DNA of 64,000 bases from Gemmatimonadota bacterium (GTDB lineage: Bacteria > Gemmatimonadota > Gemmatimonadetes > Gemmatimonadales > GWC2-71-9). The notes beneath the pieces were generated by a model. The model was given only the letters and a program-made list of their open reading frames with translations. It was not told the origin of the DNA and did no database searches. The stretch is from positions 1 to 64,000 of the forward strand of contig JAZDCY010000098.1 in the NCBI GenBank assembly GCA_036679645.1, written 5' to 3'. Position 1 is the first letter of the stretch; every line of letters begins with the position of its first letter. The translations under genes and the position numbers were made by a program. Below, piece after piece: positions 1-8,551 of the stretch.

Positions 1-59
1 GTCACCATGTGGATCATCATCCGGTTCGCGGGGGGCAAGGCCGAAACGGCGGTCTCGGA

Positions 60-998
60 CTAGTCGGTCCCGTTGCCCCGCGCCATGGTGACGGCGAGGG
101 TCGCGGCGCCCAGCGCAGGGTCGGGCACCGCATCGGTGAGAGTCACGCGTTGGGCGAGGGTGCCCAGCGTTTCCGTGAGCCGGCGCCGTACCGGCGATCC
201 CGGCGAGAGGACGCCACCCCAGAGTGCCAGCCGAACCGGCGCGTCCGCCGGATAGTGCAGCAACAGTTGGGAGACGAGGTAGGCAAGCGCCGCTGCCGCA
301 TCTTGCACGATGCCGCCCGCGAGTTCGTCCCCCTCTCCCGCCGCGGCCTGGACTGCCCGTGCGAGCGATGCGACCTGGGCGGGTTGCGCGGTGTTGGCCC
401 AGGTAAGGAGAGCGGTGCGCGAGCCCGTCTCCGTTGCCGAGGTCAACGACGCGACGAGCGCCCGAGCGGGGCCCCGTTCTTCTGCTGCCATCTCCACCGC
501 CTTCAGCGCAGCGCGACCGATCGCGTACCCACTTCCCTCGTCTCCGCGCTGCCAGCCAAGACCGCCCGCGCGCCACTCGGTTCCTCCACCATCACAACCA
601 ACGGCGATGGATCCCGATCCGGCGATCAGCAGCATCCCAGATCCGTCCCCGAATACGCTTCGGTACGCAATGGCGGCATCGGTCGTGACAGTTACCGCGT
701 GTGCGATGCGAGCGCGTTCCAGCGCCTCGCGCAGGCGGGCCCGCACCTCGGCCTGGCCGCCCCCGGCGGCACCGACGACGAGTACCCGCGGACCCGTGTT
801 CCTATGAGCGCGCTCGACTGCCCGCTGAACCGTCCGGACGATGGCATCGGCGGGCAGGTCGATGCGATCGGTCGCGATTGCGCCTGCCGGTCCCCGTTCC
901 CGCGCGAGAACCTCGAGTGTGTGGTCGGTGACCACGGCTTCGCTGTGCGATCCGCCCGCATCGACGCCTACGTAGATGGCCGAATCCAAGTCCCTCAC
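60..998 (-). CDS. BadF/BadG/BcrA/BcrD-family sugar kinase (N-acetylglucosamine kinase-like)
   Basis: Motifs YVGVDAGGSHS, LIAGSGSIA and GLGWQRGDEGSGYAIG. Start is GTG 998 or TTG 989; the ORF-track extension to 1394 runs through the repeat and the upstream gene. Confidence 0.8.
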   Translation of the reverse strand: MRDLDSAIYVGVDAGGSHSEAVVTDHTLEVLARERGPAGAIATDRIDLPADAIVRTVQRAVERAHRNTGPRVLVVGAAGGGQAEVRARLREALERARIAHAVTVTTDAAIAYRSVFGDGSGMLLIAGSGSIAVGCDGGGTEWRAGGLGWQRGDEGSGYAIGRAALKAVEMAAEERGPARALVASLTSATETGSRTALLTWANTAQPAQVASLARAVQAAAGEGDELAGGIVQDAAAALAYLVSQLLLHYPADAPVRLALWGGVLSPGSPVRRRLTETLGTLAQRVTLTDAVPDPALGAATLAVTMARGNGTD

Positions 999-1087
999 GC
1001 CCTCCCGCCTTCCCGCCCTCACGCCCTCTCGCCTTCCCGCCCTCCCGCCTTCCCGCCGTCCCGCCCTCCCGCCTTCCCGCCTTCCCA
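992..1087. repeat. Tandem array of 12 degenerate octamers (consensus CCYTCCCG)
   Basis: Read directly: ccctcacg ccctcccg ccttcccg ccctcacg ccctctcg ccttcccg ccctcccg ccttcccg ccgtcccg ccctcccg ccttcccg ccttccca. Confidence 0.95.
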
Positions 1088-2506
1088 CCTCTCCCCCAAG
1101 GACGCGACGGTTCCCACCACGAGCGTGATCGCCAATCCCATCGGCACATACCAGGGCCAGGCGAGGGTCGCGAAAGGTCCCGGTTTCACGAGCACGACGA
1201 TCACCATCGCGACGGTTGCGCTGACGAGGCCGATTAGTGCCGACCGCTGTTTCGCGCGGGGCACGAGCCCGCCCAGCATGTACGTGCCGAGCAGCGCTCC
1301 ATAGGTAATGGATGCGATGGCCAGGGCGAGTTCGACGGCCGGGGTGTCCGTGGAGCGGAAGAGCAACGCGCCGCCGCCAAGTACTGCGGCCCACGCGACG
1401 GTGGCGAGGCGCCCGACGCGAAGCAAATGTGTGGGCTCCCGCCGACCGCTGAGGGGTGCATAGAAATCATGCGTAACGGCCGACGCGAGCGAATTGAGTG
1501 ATGAGCTGACCGTGCTCATCGCGGCGGCGAGGATGCCGGCGATAACCAGCCCCGAGAGCCCAATAGGCATGTGTTGTGTCACGAAGATCGGAAAGAGGCG
1601 GTCGCCCGATCCCGTTCCGTCGTCTATACCGGCCGCCCAGAGCATCGTGCCCACGAAGAGAAAAAGGGCGAACTGTCCAATCACGAGCACGCCCGATCCC
1701 ACGAGCGCGCGGCGCGCATCGGCGAGAGATCGCGTTGCGAGCAGACGCTGGACGATGAGGTGGTCTGTGCCATGTGAGGCGGCTGACAGGAGCGCCCCCC
1801 CCAGCATTGCCCCGAAGAAGGTGTAGGTCACCGAGAACGAGAACTTGAAATCGAAGACGGCCAGCTTGTCGGAAGCGGATGCGAGATCGAGGGCGTGTGG
1901 CAATCCGCCGGCTAGTCCTGCTGCAATCGTGACAGCGGCCAGTCCCGCCACCACGTAGAGGCCGAGTTGGACCACATCGACCCAGACGACCGCCTGTAGT
2001 CCCCCGCGCCACGTATAGACTAACGTCACGACCACGACGACCGTGACGCTCACGGGGATGGACCAGGCCGTGAGGATTGCGATTGGAATTGCACTGACGA
2101 ACACGCGCACGCTGTCGCCCAGCGCACGAATGATCATGAACAGGAGCGAGGCCGCCCGCCGTGTAGTAGGCCCGAAGCGTGATTCGAGACGCGCGTACGC
2201 CGTTTCCTGGTCACCGGCGAAGTATCCGGGAAGAAGCCAGATTGCGACGCCGATACGCCCTATGAGATACCCAAAGGCGAGTTGGAGAAACGTGAAATTC
2301 CCACGCGCTCCGAGGGCGGGGACGGAGATGACGGTGAGCGCCGAGGTCTCGGTTGCGACGATCGAGAACATCACGGCCCACCAGGGCAGGTTGCGGTGCC
2401 CCAGGAAGTAGTCCGCCGCATCGCCCTGTCGGCGTGCGAAATGTGCGCCGATGCCGATAACGACGGCGATATAGGCGGCCATGACCGCGAAATCGGCGGC
2501 GGCCAT
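1019..2506 (-). CDS. Sodium:solute symporter (SSS family), likely amino-sugar uptake
   Basis: Many TM helices; DYFLGHRNLPWWAV, SIVATETSALT, GGLQAVVWVD and AAAMSTVSSSLNS motifs; adjacent to sugar kinase. Confidence 0.9.
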   Translation of the reverse strand: MAAADFAVMAAYIAVVIGIGAHFARRQGDAADYFLGHRNLPWWAVMFSIVATETSALTVISVPALGARGNFTFLQLAFGYLIGRIGVAIWLLPGYFAGDQETAYARLESRFGPTTRRAASLLFMIIRALGDSVRVFVSAIPIAILTAWSIPVSVTVVVVVTLVYTWRGGLQAVVWVDVVQLGLYVVAGLAAVTIAAGLAGGLPHALDLASASDKLAVFDFKFSFSVTYTFFGAMLGGALLSAASHGTDHLIVQRLLATRSLADARRALVGSGVLVIGQFALFLFVGTMLWAAGIDDGTGSGDRLFPIFVTQHMPIGLSGLVIAGILAAAMSTVSSSLNSLASAVTHDFYAPLSGRREPTHLLRVGRLATVAWAAVLGGGALLFRSTDTPAVELALAIASITYGALLGTYMLGGLVPRAKQRSALIGLVSATVAMVIVVLVKPGPFATLAWPWYVPMGLAITLVVGTVASLGERWEGGKAGGRDGGKAGGREGERA

Positions 2507-2579
2507 GGCTCAGGGCACGACAAACGGGCCTACGTTGTACGCAGGCCCGTGGGGCAAGTTGCCGGGATGGGTCAACGTG

Positions 2580-2942
2580 TTACGCGGAGAACGAACTACC
2601 GCACCCGCATCCGCCCGTGGCGTTGGGGTTCTCGAAGGTGAACCCGGTTCCCATCATCGATGAGTGATAGCCTATGGTCACGCCATCGAGGTGGGGTGCG
2701 CTGAAGTGATCCACGAAAAGTCGAATTCCCTGTTTCTCGACGACGAGATCGTCCGCTTCGGGCGCGTCCTCGACCTCGAGGGCGTACTTGAATCCAGAAC
2801 ATCCGCCCGGCAGGACCGAGACCCTAAGCCCACCGACCTCATGGTCGATCTCCTGCGCCTCGAAGAAGCCCCGCACCTGCTCGGCGGCAACGTCGGTCAG
2901 TTGGACGGACAACGTAAACTGAGGCTGTTGTGTCGTGCTCAT
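2580..2942 (-). CDS. Iron-sulfur cluster assembly accessory protein (HesB/IscA/ErpA family)
   Basis: GGCSGFKY and C-terminal NPNATGGCGCGSSF motifs. Confidence 0.95.
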   Translation of the reverse strand: MSTTQQPQFTLSVQLTDVAAEQVRGFFEAQEIDHEVGGLRVSVLPGGCSGFKYALEVEDAPEADDLVVEKQGIRLFVDHFSAPHLDGVTIGYHSSMMGTGFTFENPNATGGCGCGSSFSA

Positions 2943-3051
2943 GCAGTACCCCGTGGTTCTTCCCTAAGCTAGGCTAGGCCCGGACGAGTGTCAATTCGCG
3001 AGTGACGTCTTCAGGAAGCAAAAGCCCTGCCAGCCGGGGCCGGTTCCCGCG

Positions 3052-4821
3052 TCAGTCAATGATGCGAATCCCACTGCCACGCGGATATGCCGGCGAGAGC
3101 GTAATCGGCAGACGTCCGGTGATGGGCTCGCGCCCAGCGAGGGCGCGCGCCGTCGCGCGTTCAGTCGCTTCGTTCGCACTCCATCCGATCAGATACCCGC
3201 CCGCAAAGTCCGGTAGCTGATTGAGGAGATACGGGCTGCCCAACGACGCGAGCATGGTCGGAGTATGCGCGGCCGTCCGCGTGACGAGATCTGCCAGCGA
3301 GTCGGGCAGTGCCACATGACCGCGCCACGCAATGGGGCGCACGCTGCTTGCGAAAAGCGTTCGTTCCGCCCGGTCGATCACCGTGCGAGCCGAGTCGTAG
3401 GAGAGGGGTCCCGACGCCGGATACAGGCGGAAAGTCGTGACCGACGCACCCAAGCGGCGCAGCTCGCTCACGAGCCGGTGCCCGAAAGTCAGGTTCGTTT
3501 CCTCGGCGTAAGTGATGACCGCGAGTGGTTGGGGCTCCGCCCGGAACGCGTCGATAGGGCCGCGAAGGACCAACGTCAACGCGCGTTGCGCAATGTCGTT
3601 CGCCGCATCCTGGAACGCGCGACGTCCTACCACTAGAGGTACGCTGTCGAGGGGGACGGTGCGACGCGTGAATAGCCCGAGACCCGCCTTGAGGCGCAGC
3701 AACCGAGCCACTGACTCGTTCAGCCGCTCTTCGGTGATGCGGCCCTCCGCAATCGCCGCGCGCATAGCGGTCATGGCCTCGCCAACGTCCGCTGGCATCA
3801 GCAGCACGTCACTCCCGGCCAGGAACGCCAGCACGGCGGTCTCGCCCGCACCGAATCTCTCGACGATGGCGCCCATGACGAGCGCATCGGTGACGATCAA
3901 CCCGTCGAATCTCAGGGAGTCGCGCAGGATGCCCGACATGATCGACGGCGACAGGGTGGCCGGGAGCGGGTCAGCTCCGTCGAAGCAGGGAAGGGCGATG
4001 TGCGCTGTCATCACGGCGGTGACGCCGCCTGCGATAGCCGCGCGGAAGGGGAGCAGCTCCAGCGTGTCGAGGCGACTCCAGCACCCAGGAGCTACCGGCA
4101 CCGTGATGTGCGAGTCGGTACCGGTGTCCCCGTGTCCCGGGAAGTGCTTGGCCGTTGTCCGCAGCCCGTGACGCTCAGCACCGCTGATGTAGGCCTCGAT
4201 CAGGCGGCTGACCTCGTACGGGTCCTCGCCAAACGAACGCGTGTTGATGATGGGGTTCGCCGGATTGTTGTTGACGTCGGCGACGGGCGAAAAGGTGAGG
4301 TGGATGCCAACTGCCCGAGCTTCGAGGGCCGTTATGCGGCCCATCTCGTAGGCGTCGGCCGCGCGGCCGGTGGCGCCAAACGCCATCGGCATGGGGAACG
4401 AGGTGCCCCCGTCCAACCGCATGCCGGTACCCCACTCGAGGTCGGAGGCCACGAGCAGTGGCAGGCGCGACCGCCGCTGTAGCGTGTTCAGCTTGGCCGC
4501 CACGCCCAACGGTGTCCCCACAGATATGATGATGCCCCCCACCCCGAACGAGTCGATCGCCGCAAGCGTCCGCTCGAGTCCCTCGCCGTCCTCCGCGCTA
4601 TAGCTGCCAATCAGCCATGGCATCACGAGCTGCCCAATCTTCTCATCGACGGAAAGCGTGGCGAGCAGCGCATCGATTCCCGCGTTAGGTTGCCCGCGAT
4701 CGACCGCGACGGGTGGCAGGACCGCGTGCGGTTCGGGGATCGGTGTGATCGGCGCCTCCCGCGACCTGGATGAGCAGCTGAGCAACACGAGGAGGATAGG
4801 AAGACCATGGCGGACAGGCAC
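3052..4821 (-). CDS. Glycoside hydrolase family 3 beta-N-acetylglucosaminidase (NagZ-like), lipoprotein
   Basis: SDLEWG, INTRSFGEDP, KHFPGHGDTGTDSH and TDALVMGA motifs; lipobox-like LLVLLSC. Start inferred at GTG 4821. Confidence 0.88.
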   Translation of the reverse strand: MPVRHGLPILLVLLSCSSRSREAPITPIPEPHAVLPPVAVDRGQPNAGIDALLATLSVDEKIGQLVMPWLIGSYSAEDGEGLERTLAAIDSFGVGGIIISVGTPLGVAAKLNTLQRRSRLPLLVASDLEWGTGMRLDGGTSFPMPMAFGATGRAADAYEMGRITALEARAVGIHLTFSPVADVNNNPANPIINTRSFGEDPYEVSRLIEAYISGAERHGLRTTAKHFPGHGDTGTDSHITVPVAPGCWSRLDTLELLPFRAAIAGGVTAVMTAHIALPCFDGADPLPATLSPSIMSGILRDSLRFDGLIVTDALVMGAIVERFGAGETAVLAFLAGSDVLLMPADVGEAMTAMRAAIAEGRITEERLNESVARLLRLKAGLGLFTRRTVPLDSVPLVVGRRAFQDAANDIAQRALTLVLRGPIDAFRAEPQPLAVITYAEETNLTFGHRLVSELRRLGASVTTFRLYPASGPLSYDSARTVIDRAERTLFASSVRPIAWRGHVALPDSLADLVTRTAAHTPTMLASLGSPYLLNQLPDFAGGYLIGWSANEATERATARALAGREPITGRLPITLSPAYPRGSGIRIID

Positions 4822-6024
4822 GCGCTGAGATGCCTGGCGGCGTTGCTGATCGGCGCCGGCTGCGCGCGATCCACTCCAGAGATCGAGCGCGTCCGCCCGG
4901 GCATCGATGTGCTGCTCGCGGACTCGATTCATCTCGTCACCGGCCGGCGGGTCGGCGTGCTCACCAACCAGACCGGCATCGACGCGGCTGGCGTGGATGA
5001 TATCACTCGTTTGCGCGACGCTGGAATTCGTCTCACGGCGATCTTCAGTCCCGAGCATGGGTTCCGAGGCGTCCTCGACCAAGAGAATATCGATCATGGG
5101 ATCGACTCCGCCACTGGTCTGCCGATCTTCAGCCTGTATGGAGCTACCCGGCAGCCGACGCCGGCGATGCTCGCCGACGTGGACGTCTTGCTCATCGACC
5201 TCCAGGACATCGGCGGTCGCCCGTACACGTATATCTCGACCGTGCTCGGAACGTTGCGAGTAACGGGCGCCGCGGGCGTTGACGTCATCTTGCTCGATCG
5301 GCCCAATCCCATTGGAGGTGTTCACGTCCAGGGGCCCGTGCTCGACGGTGCGTTTGCCTCCTGGGTGGGGATGCTCGCGGTTCCGCTGCGGCACGGCATG
5401 ACACTGGGTGAGCTGGCACGGTTGGGCAACGCGGAACTCGAGCTTGCAGGTCTATTGACGGTGGTACCCGCTGCCGGCTGGCGGCGGTCCATGTGGTTTG
5501 ATGATGTTGGCCTGCCGTGGGTCAAGCCGTCTCCCAACATGCCCAACCTCGAGAGCGCGACACACTATCCAGGCATCGTGCTTTTCGAGCGTACCAACCT
5601 GTCGGTAGCGCGGGGAACGCCAATCGCCTTCCAGGCGGTTGCGGCGCCGTGGCTCGATGCGCCGGCCGTGGCCCAGGCCGTGAGTGATCAGGCCGGTGTG
5701 GTGGTGATCGACACAACGATCATCCCACGCGACCCGACCGACGGCAAGTACGGCGGGATGGCGATCCCCGCCGTTCGGTTCCGGGTCGCCGACCGGTCTG
5801 TCTACGACCCGACCGCCTTTGCCGTGGGGTTGCTGACCGCCATACGGAGGCAGCACCCTAGCGACTTCACGATTTCGGCGCGCGGGTTTGACGAGCGGGC
5901 GGGAACTGACGCGCTACGTCTGGCCATCGGGTCCGGCGTTGCATGGGGTGACATCGTTCGGTCATGGGAGCCCGACCTGGCGGACTTCCGCGAGCGCCGG
6001 CGGGGTTACCTGCTGTACCAGTAG
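4807..6024 (+). CDS. DUF1343 / exo-beta-N-acetylmuramidase NamZ-like lipoprotein
   Basis: VGVLTNQTG, FSPEHGFRG, DLQDIGGRPYTY, LDRPNPIGG and PSPNMP motifs; lipobox IGAGC. Confidence 0.9.
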   Translation: MADRHALRCLAALLIGAGCARSTPEIERVRPGIDVLLADSIHLVTGRRVGVLTNQTGIDAAGVDDITRLRDAGIRLTAIFSPEHGFRGVLDQENIDHGIDSATGLPIFSLYGATRQPTPAMLADVDVLLIDLQDIGGRPYTYISTVLGTLRVTGAAGVDVILLDRPNPIGGVHVQGPVLDGAFASWVGMLAVPLRHGMTLGELARLGNAELELAGLLTVVPAAGWRRSMWFDDVGLPWVKPSPNMPNLESATHYPGIVLFERTNLSVARGTPIAFQAVAAPWLDAPAVAQAVSDQAGVVVIDTTIIPRDPTDGKYGGMAIPAVRFRVADRSVYDPTAFAVGLLTAIRRQHPSDFTISARGFDERAGTDALRLAIGSGVAWGDIVRSWEPDLADFRERRRGYLLYQ

Positions 6025-6103
6025 GTCGCGCGCGCCAGCGTTTGGGGGCGCGGGCATCGCCAATTGCCGTAGCCGCAAGCGCCAGTTATTCTTAGCGCCG
6101 CCC

Positions 6104-6808
6104 ATGAGTCTGATACCGCGCTCGCTGAAGCGGGGTTTCGAAGCCTCGCTGACGCCCCTTGTGGACGTTCTCATCGCCCGCAAGGTTTCGCCCAACACGA
6201 TCACTGGTATCGGCACGCTGGTCCTCGTCGGGGCCGGTGTGGCATACGGCTCGGGCGCAGTTCGCATTGGGGGGCTCCTGCTCTTGGTGAGCGGTGTCCT
6301 GGACATGTTGGACGGGCGGATCGCCCGTGCGCGGGGCGAGACCACTGCTTTCGGCGCGTTCCTGGACTCGACCCTCGACCGGATCGGCGAATCGGCTCTG
6401 TTGGGTGGGATCACCGTGTACTTCATGCGGGGTGGTGTGCCGGTGGCGTGGGAGGTGCCGGCTGTCGTGGTGGCGCTGATCGCGCTGTCGGCCGGGTTGA
6501 CGGTGTCGTATGCGCGCGCGCGGGCCGAAGGGCTTCAGCTCGAGTGCAAGGTAGGCCTCACGCAGCGCGCAGAGCGGATTCTCGGTCTCGGCGTCCCGGC
6601 GCTCTTCTTCGGTGCGGGCCCGAACGGCTTTCTCTTACTGACGCTCGTCGCGATCCTGGCGGCCACCGGATCGATTACGGTGTGGCAACGCATCGCTCAC
6701 GTGCATCGCATCACCCGGGCGGTGCCGAGCCGGCGCGTCACGCGGATCGGCCGAGTTACCCCGAAACTTGCGCAATACCTTGGGAAAGGACCATCAGGTG
6801 ACGGATAG
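6104..6808 (+). CDS. CDP-alcohol phosphatidyltransferase (phosphatidylinositol-phosphate synthase-like)
   Basis: Signature DMLDGRIARARG...GAFLDSTLDR, plus SPNTIT, SYARARAE and QRAER; directly upstream of ino1. Confidence 0.85.
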   Translation: MSLIPRSLKRGFEASLTPLVDVLIARKVSPNTITGIGTLVLVGAGVAYGSGAVRIGGLLLLVSGVLDMLDGRIARARGETTAFGAFLDSTLDRIGESALLGGITVYFMRGGVPVAWEVPAVVVALIALSAGLTVSYARARAEGLQLECKVGLTQRAERILGLGVPALFFGAGPNGFLLLTLVAILAATGSITVWQRIAHVHRITRAVPSRRVTRIGRVTPKLAQYLGKGPSGDG

Positions 6809-8123
6809 TCAGAGGCGCGATGTCGCGCAGGCCGAAGGGAAGCTTGGTGTACTCCTGGTCGGGCTTGGCGCGGTGGCCACGACGTATATCGCAGGCGTTC
6901 TCAACGTGCGGCGAGGGACAGGAACGCCTGTCGGGTCCCTGGCCGAGTTGAATACCATCCGGCTGGGCAAGCGTACCGACCAACGGGCCCCAACCATTCG
7001 AGAATTTGTGCCGCTCGCGGCACTCGACGATCTGGTGTGGTGCGCTTGGGATCCGATTGCGGACAACGCCTACGAGTCGGCCAAGGTTGCCGGCGTGCTG
7101 GACCTGCCGCACATCGAGCCTGTTGCAGAGGAGCTGACCGCCATCAAGCCGATGCCAGCCGTCTTCGATCAGGACTACGTGAAGCGAATCGAAGGCATCA
7201 ACGTCAAGACCGGTCGCACCAAGCGAGATCTTGCCGAACAGCTGCGTGAGGACATTCGCCGCTTCAAGAGCGACAACGCCTGCGACCGGCTCGTGATGGT
7301 GTGGTGCGCTTCCACAGAGGTGTTTCTCAAGCCCGGTCCTGCTCACGCCTCCCTCGAAGCGTTCGAGCGGGCGATGGACGAGAACGATCCTACCATAGCT
7401 CCGTCGATGCTCTATGCGTACGCTGCGCTGCAGGAAGGTGTACCGTTTGCGAATGGCGCGCCCAACCTGACAGTCGATACGGAGGCGATCCGGCAACTCG
7501 CGCGGCAGAAGGGCCTCCCGATTGCGGGCAAGGACTTCAAGACCGGTCAAACGATGATGAAGACCGTCGTCTCGCCCATGCTCAAAGCTCGCATGTTGGG
7601 ACTGGCCGGCTGGTATTCCACCAATATCCTCGGTAACCGGGATGGCGAGGTGCTGGACGATCCGGAGGCGTTCAAGACCAAGGAAGAATCGAAACTCGGC
7701 GTCCTGGAGCACATCCTGCAGCCGGCCGTGTATCCCGAACTCTACGGTAACATCTATCACAAGGTCCGGATCAACTATTACCCACCGCGCCGTGACAACA
7801 AGGAAGGGTGGGACAACATCGACATCTTCGGATGGCTCGGCTATCCGATGCAGATCAAGATCGACTTTCTTTGCCGTGACTCTATTCTCGCGGCCCCGTT
7901 AGTCCACGATCTGGCCCTGTTCATGGATCTGGCCCAGCGTGCCGGATTGACCGGCATCCAGGAGTGGCTGTCGTTCTATTTCAAGAGTCCAATGGCTGCC
8001 CCCGATCTCCCACCCGAGCACGATCTCTTCATCCAGCACACGAAGCTGATGAACACATTGCGGTGGATCATGGGTGAAGAACAGATCACGCATCTGGGCG
8101 TGGAGTACTACAACTACGAGTAG
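6798..8123 (+). CDS. ino1: Myo-inositol-1-phosphate synthase
   Basis: GLGAVAT, VWCASTE, ANGAPN, GKDFKTGQT, NILGNRDG, CRDSILAAP and SFYFKSP motifs. Confidence 0.93.
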   Translation: MTDSQRRDVAQAEGKLGVLLVGLGAVATTYIAGVLNVRRGTGTPVGSLAELNTIRLGKRTDQRAPTIREFVPLAALDDLVWCAWDPIADNAYESAKVAGVLDLPHIEPVAEELTAIKPMPAVFDQDYVKRIEGINVKTGRTKRDLAEQLREDIRRFKSDNACDRLVMVWCASTEVFLKPGPAHASLEAFERAMDENDPTIAPSMLYAYAALQEGVPFANGAPNLTVDTEAIRQLARQKGLPIAGKDFKTGQTMMKTVVSPMLKARMLGLAGWYSTNILGNRDGEVLDDPEAFKTKEESKLGVLEHILQPAVYPELYGNIYHKVRINYYPPRRDNKEGWDNIDIFGWLGYPMQIKIDFLCRDSILAAPLVHDLALFMDLAQRAGLTGIQEWLSFYFKSPMAAPDLPPEHDLFIQHTKLMNTLRWIMGEEQITHLGVEYYNYE

Positions 8124-8125
8124 CA

Positions 8126-8551
8126 GTGAGCCCGGCTGACATTGTCGTCATCGTAGTCGGCGTCGGCCTGATCGGCGGTGAGTTGTGGTACTTTCTGGTC
8201 CCGCGACGGGACCCACCGGCGGCGCACAAGGGCGGGGTTCAGGAGATCCGCGTTCTCGTCAAGGGTGGATACGATCCGGACACGATTACGGTTGAAGCGG
8301 GACGGCCCGTGCGCCTGCAGTTCTATCGCGATGAGACCGCGGAGTGCTCGGCGCGCGTCGTGTTCGAGACACTCGGCATTGAAGAATCGTTGCCCGCTTA
8401 CGAGACGACGACGGTCGAGTTCACCCCAACGACACCGGGCGACTACCCGTTCCGCTGTGGGAAATCTGTCATGCGCGGACGTGTGGTCGCGCAGATCGGA
8501 CGCGAAGCAGCTCGCGTGAACCTCGGGCGAGGGCACGACAAGCATGGGTAG
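8126..8551 (+). CDS. Membrane-anchored cupredoxin-domain protein (CupA-like)
   Basis: N-terminal TM helix; [14 protein letters not shown]...FRCG; overlaps copA start. Confidence 0.85.
   Translation: MSPADIVVIVVGVGLIGGELWYFLVPRRDPPAAHKGGVQEIRVLVKGGYDPDTITVEAGRPVRLQFYRDETAECSARVVFETLGIEESLPAYETTTVEFTPTTPGDYPFRCGKSVMRGRVVAQIGREAARVNLGRGHDKHG

Noticed and set aside
2580..2942. Selenocysteine-containing HesB-like protein
   Set aside because: All conserved positions are ordinary Cys codons with no in-frame UGA.
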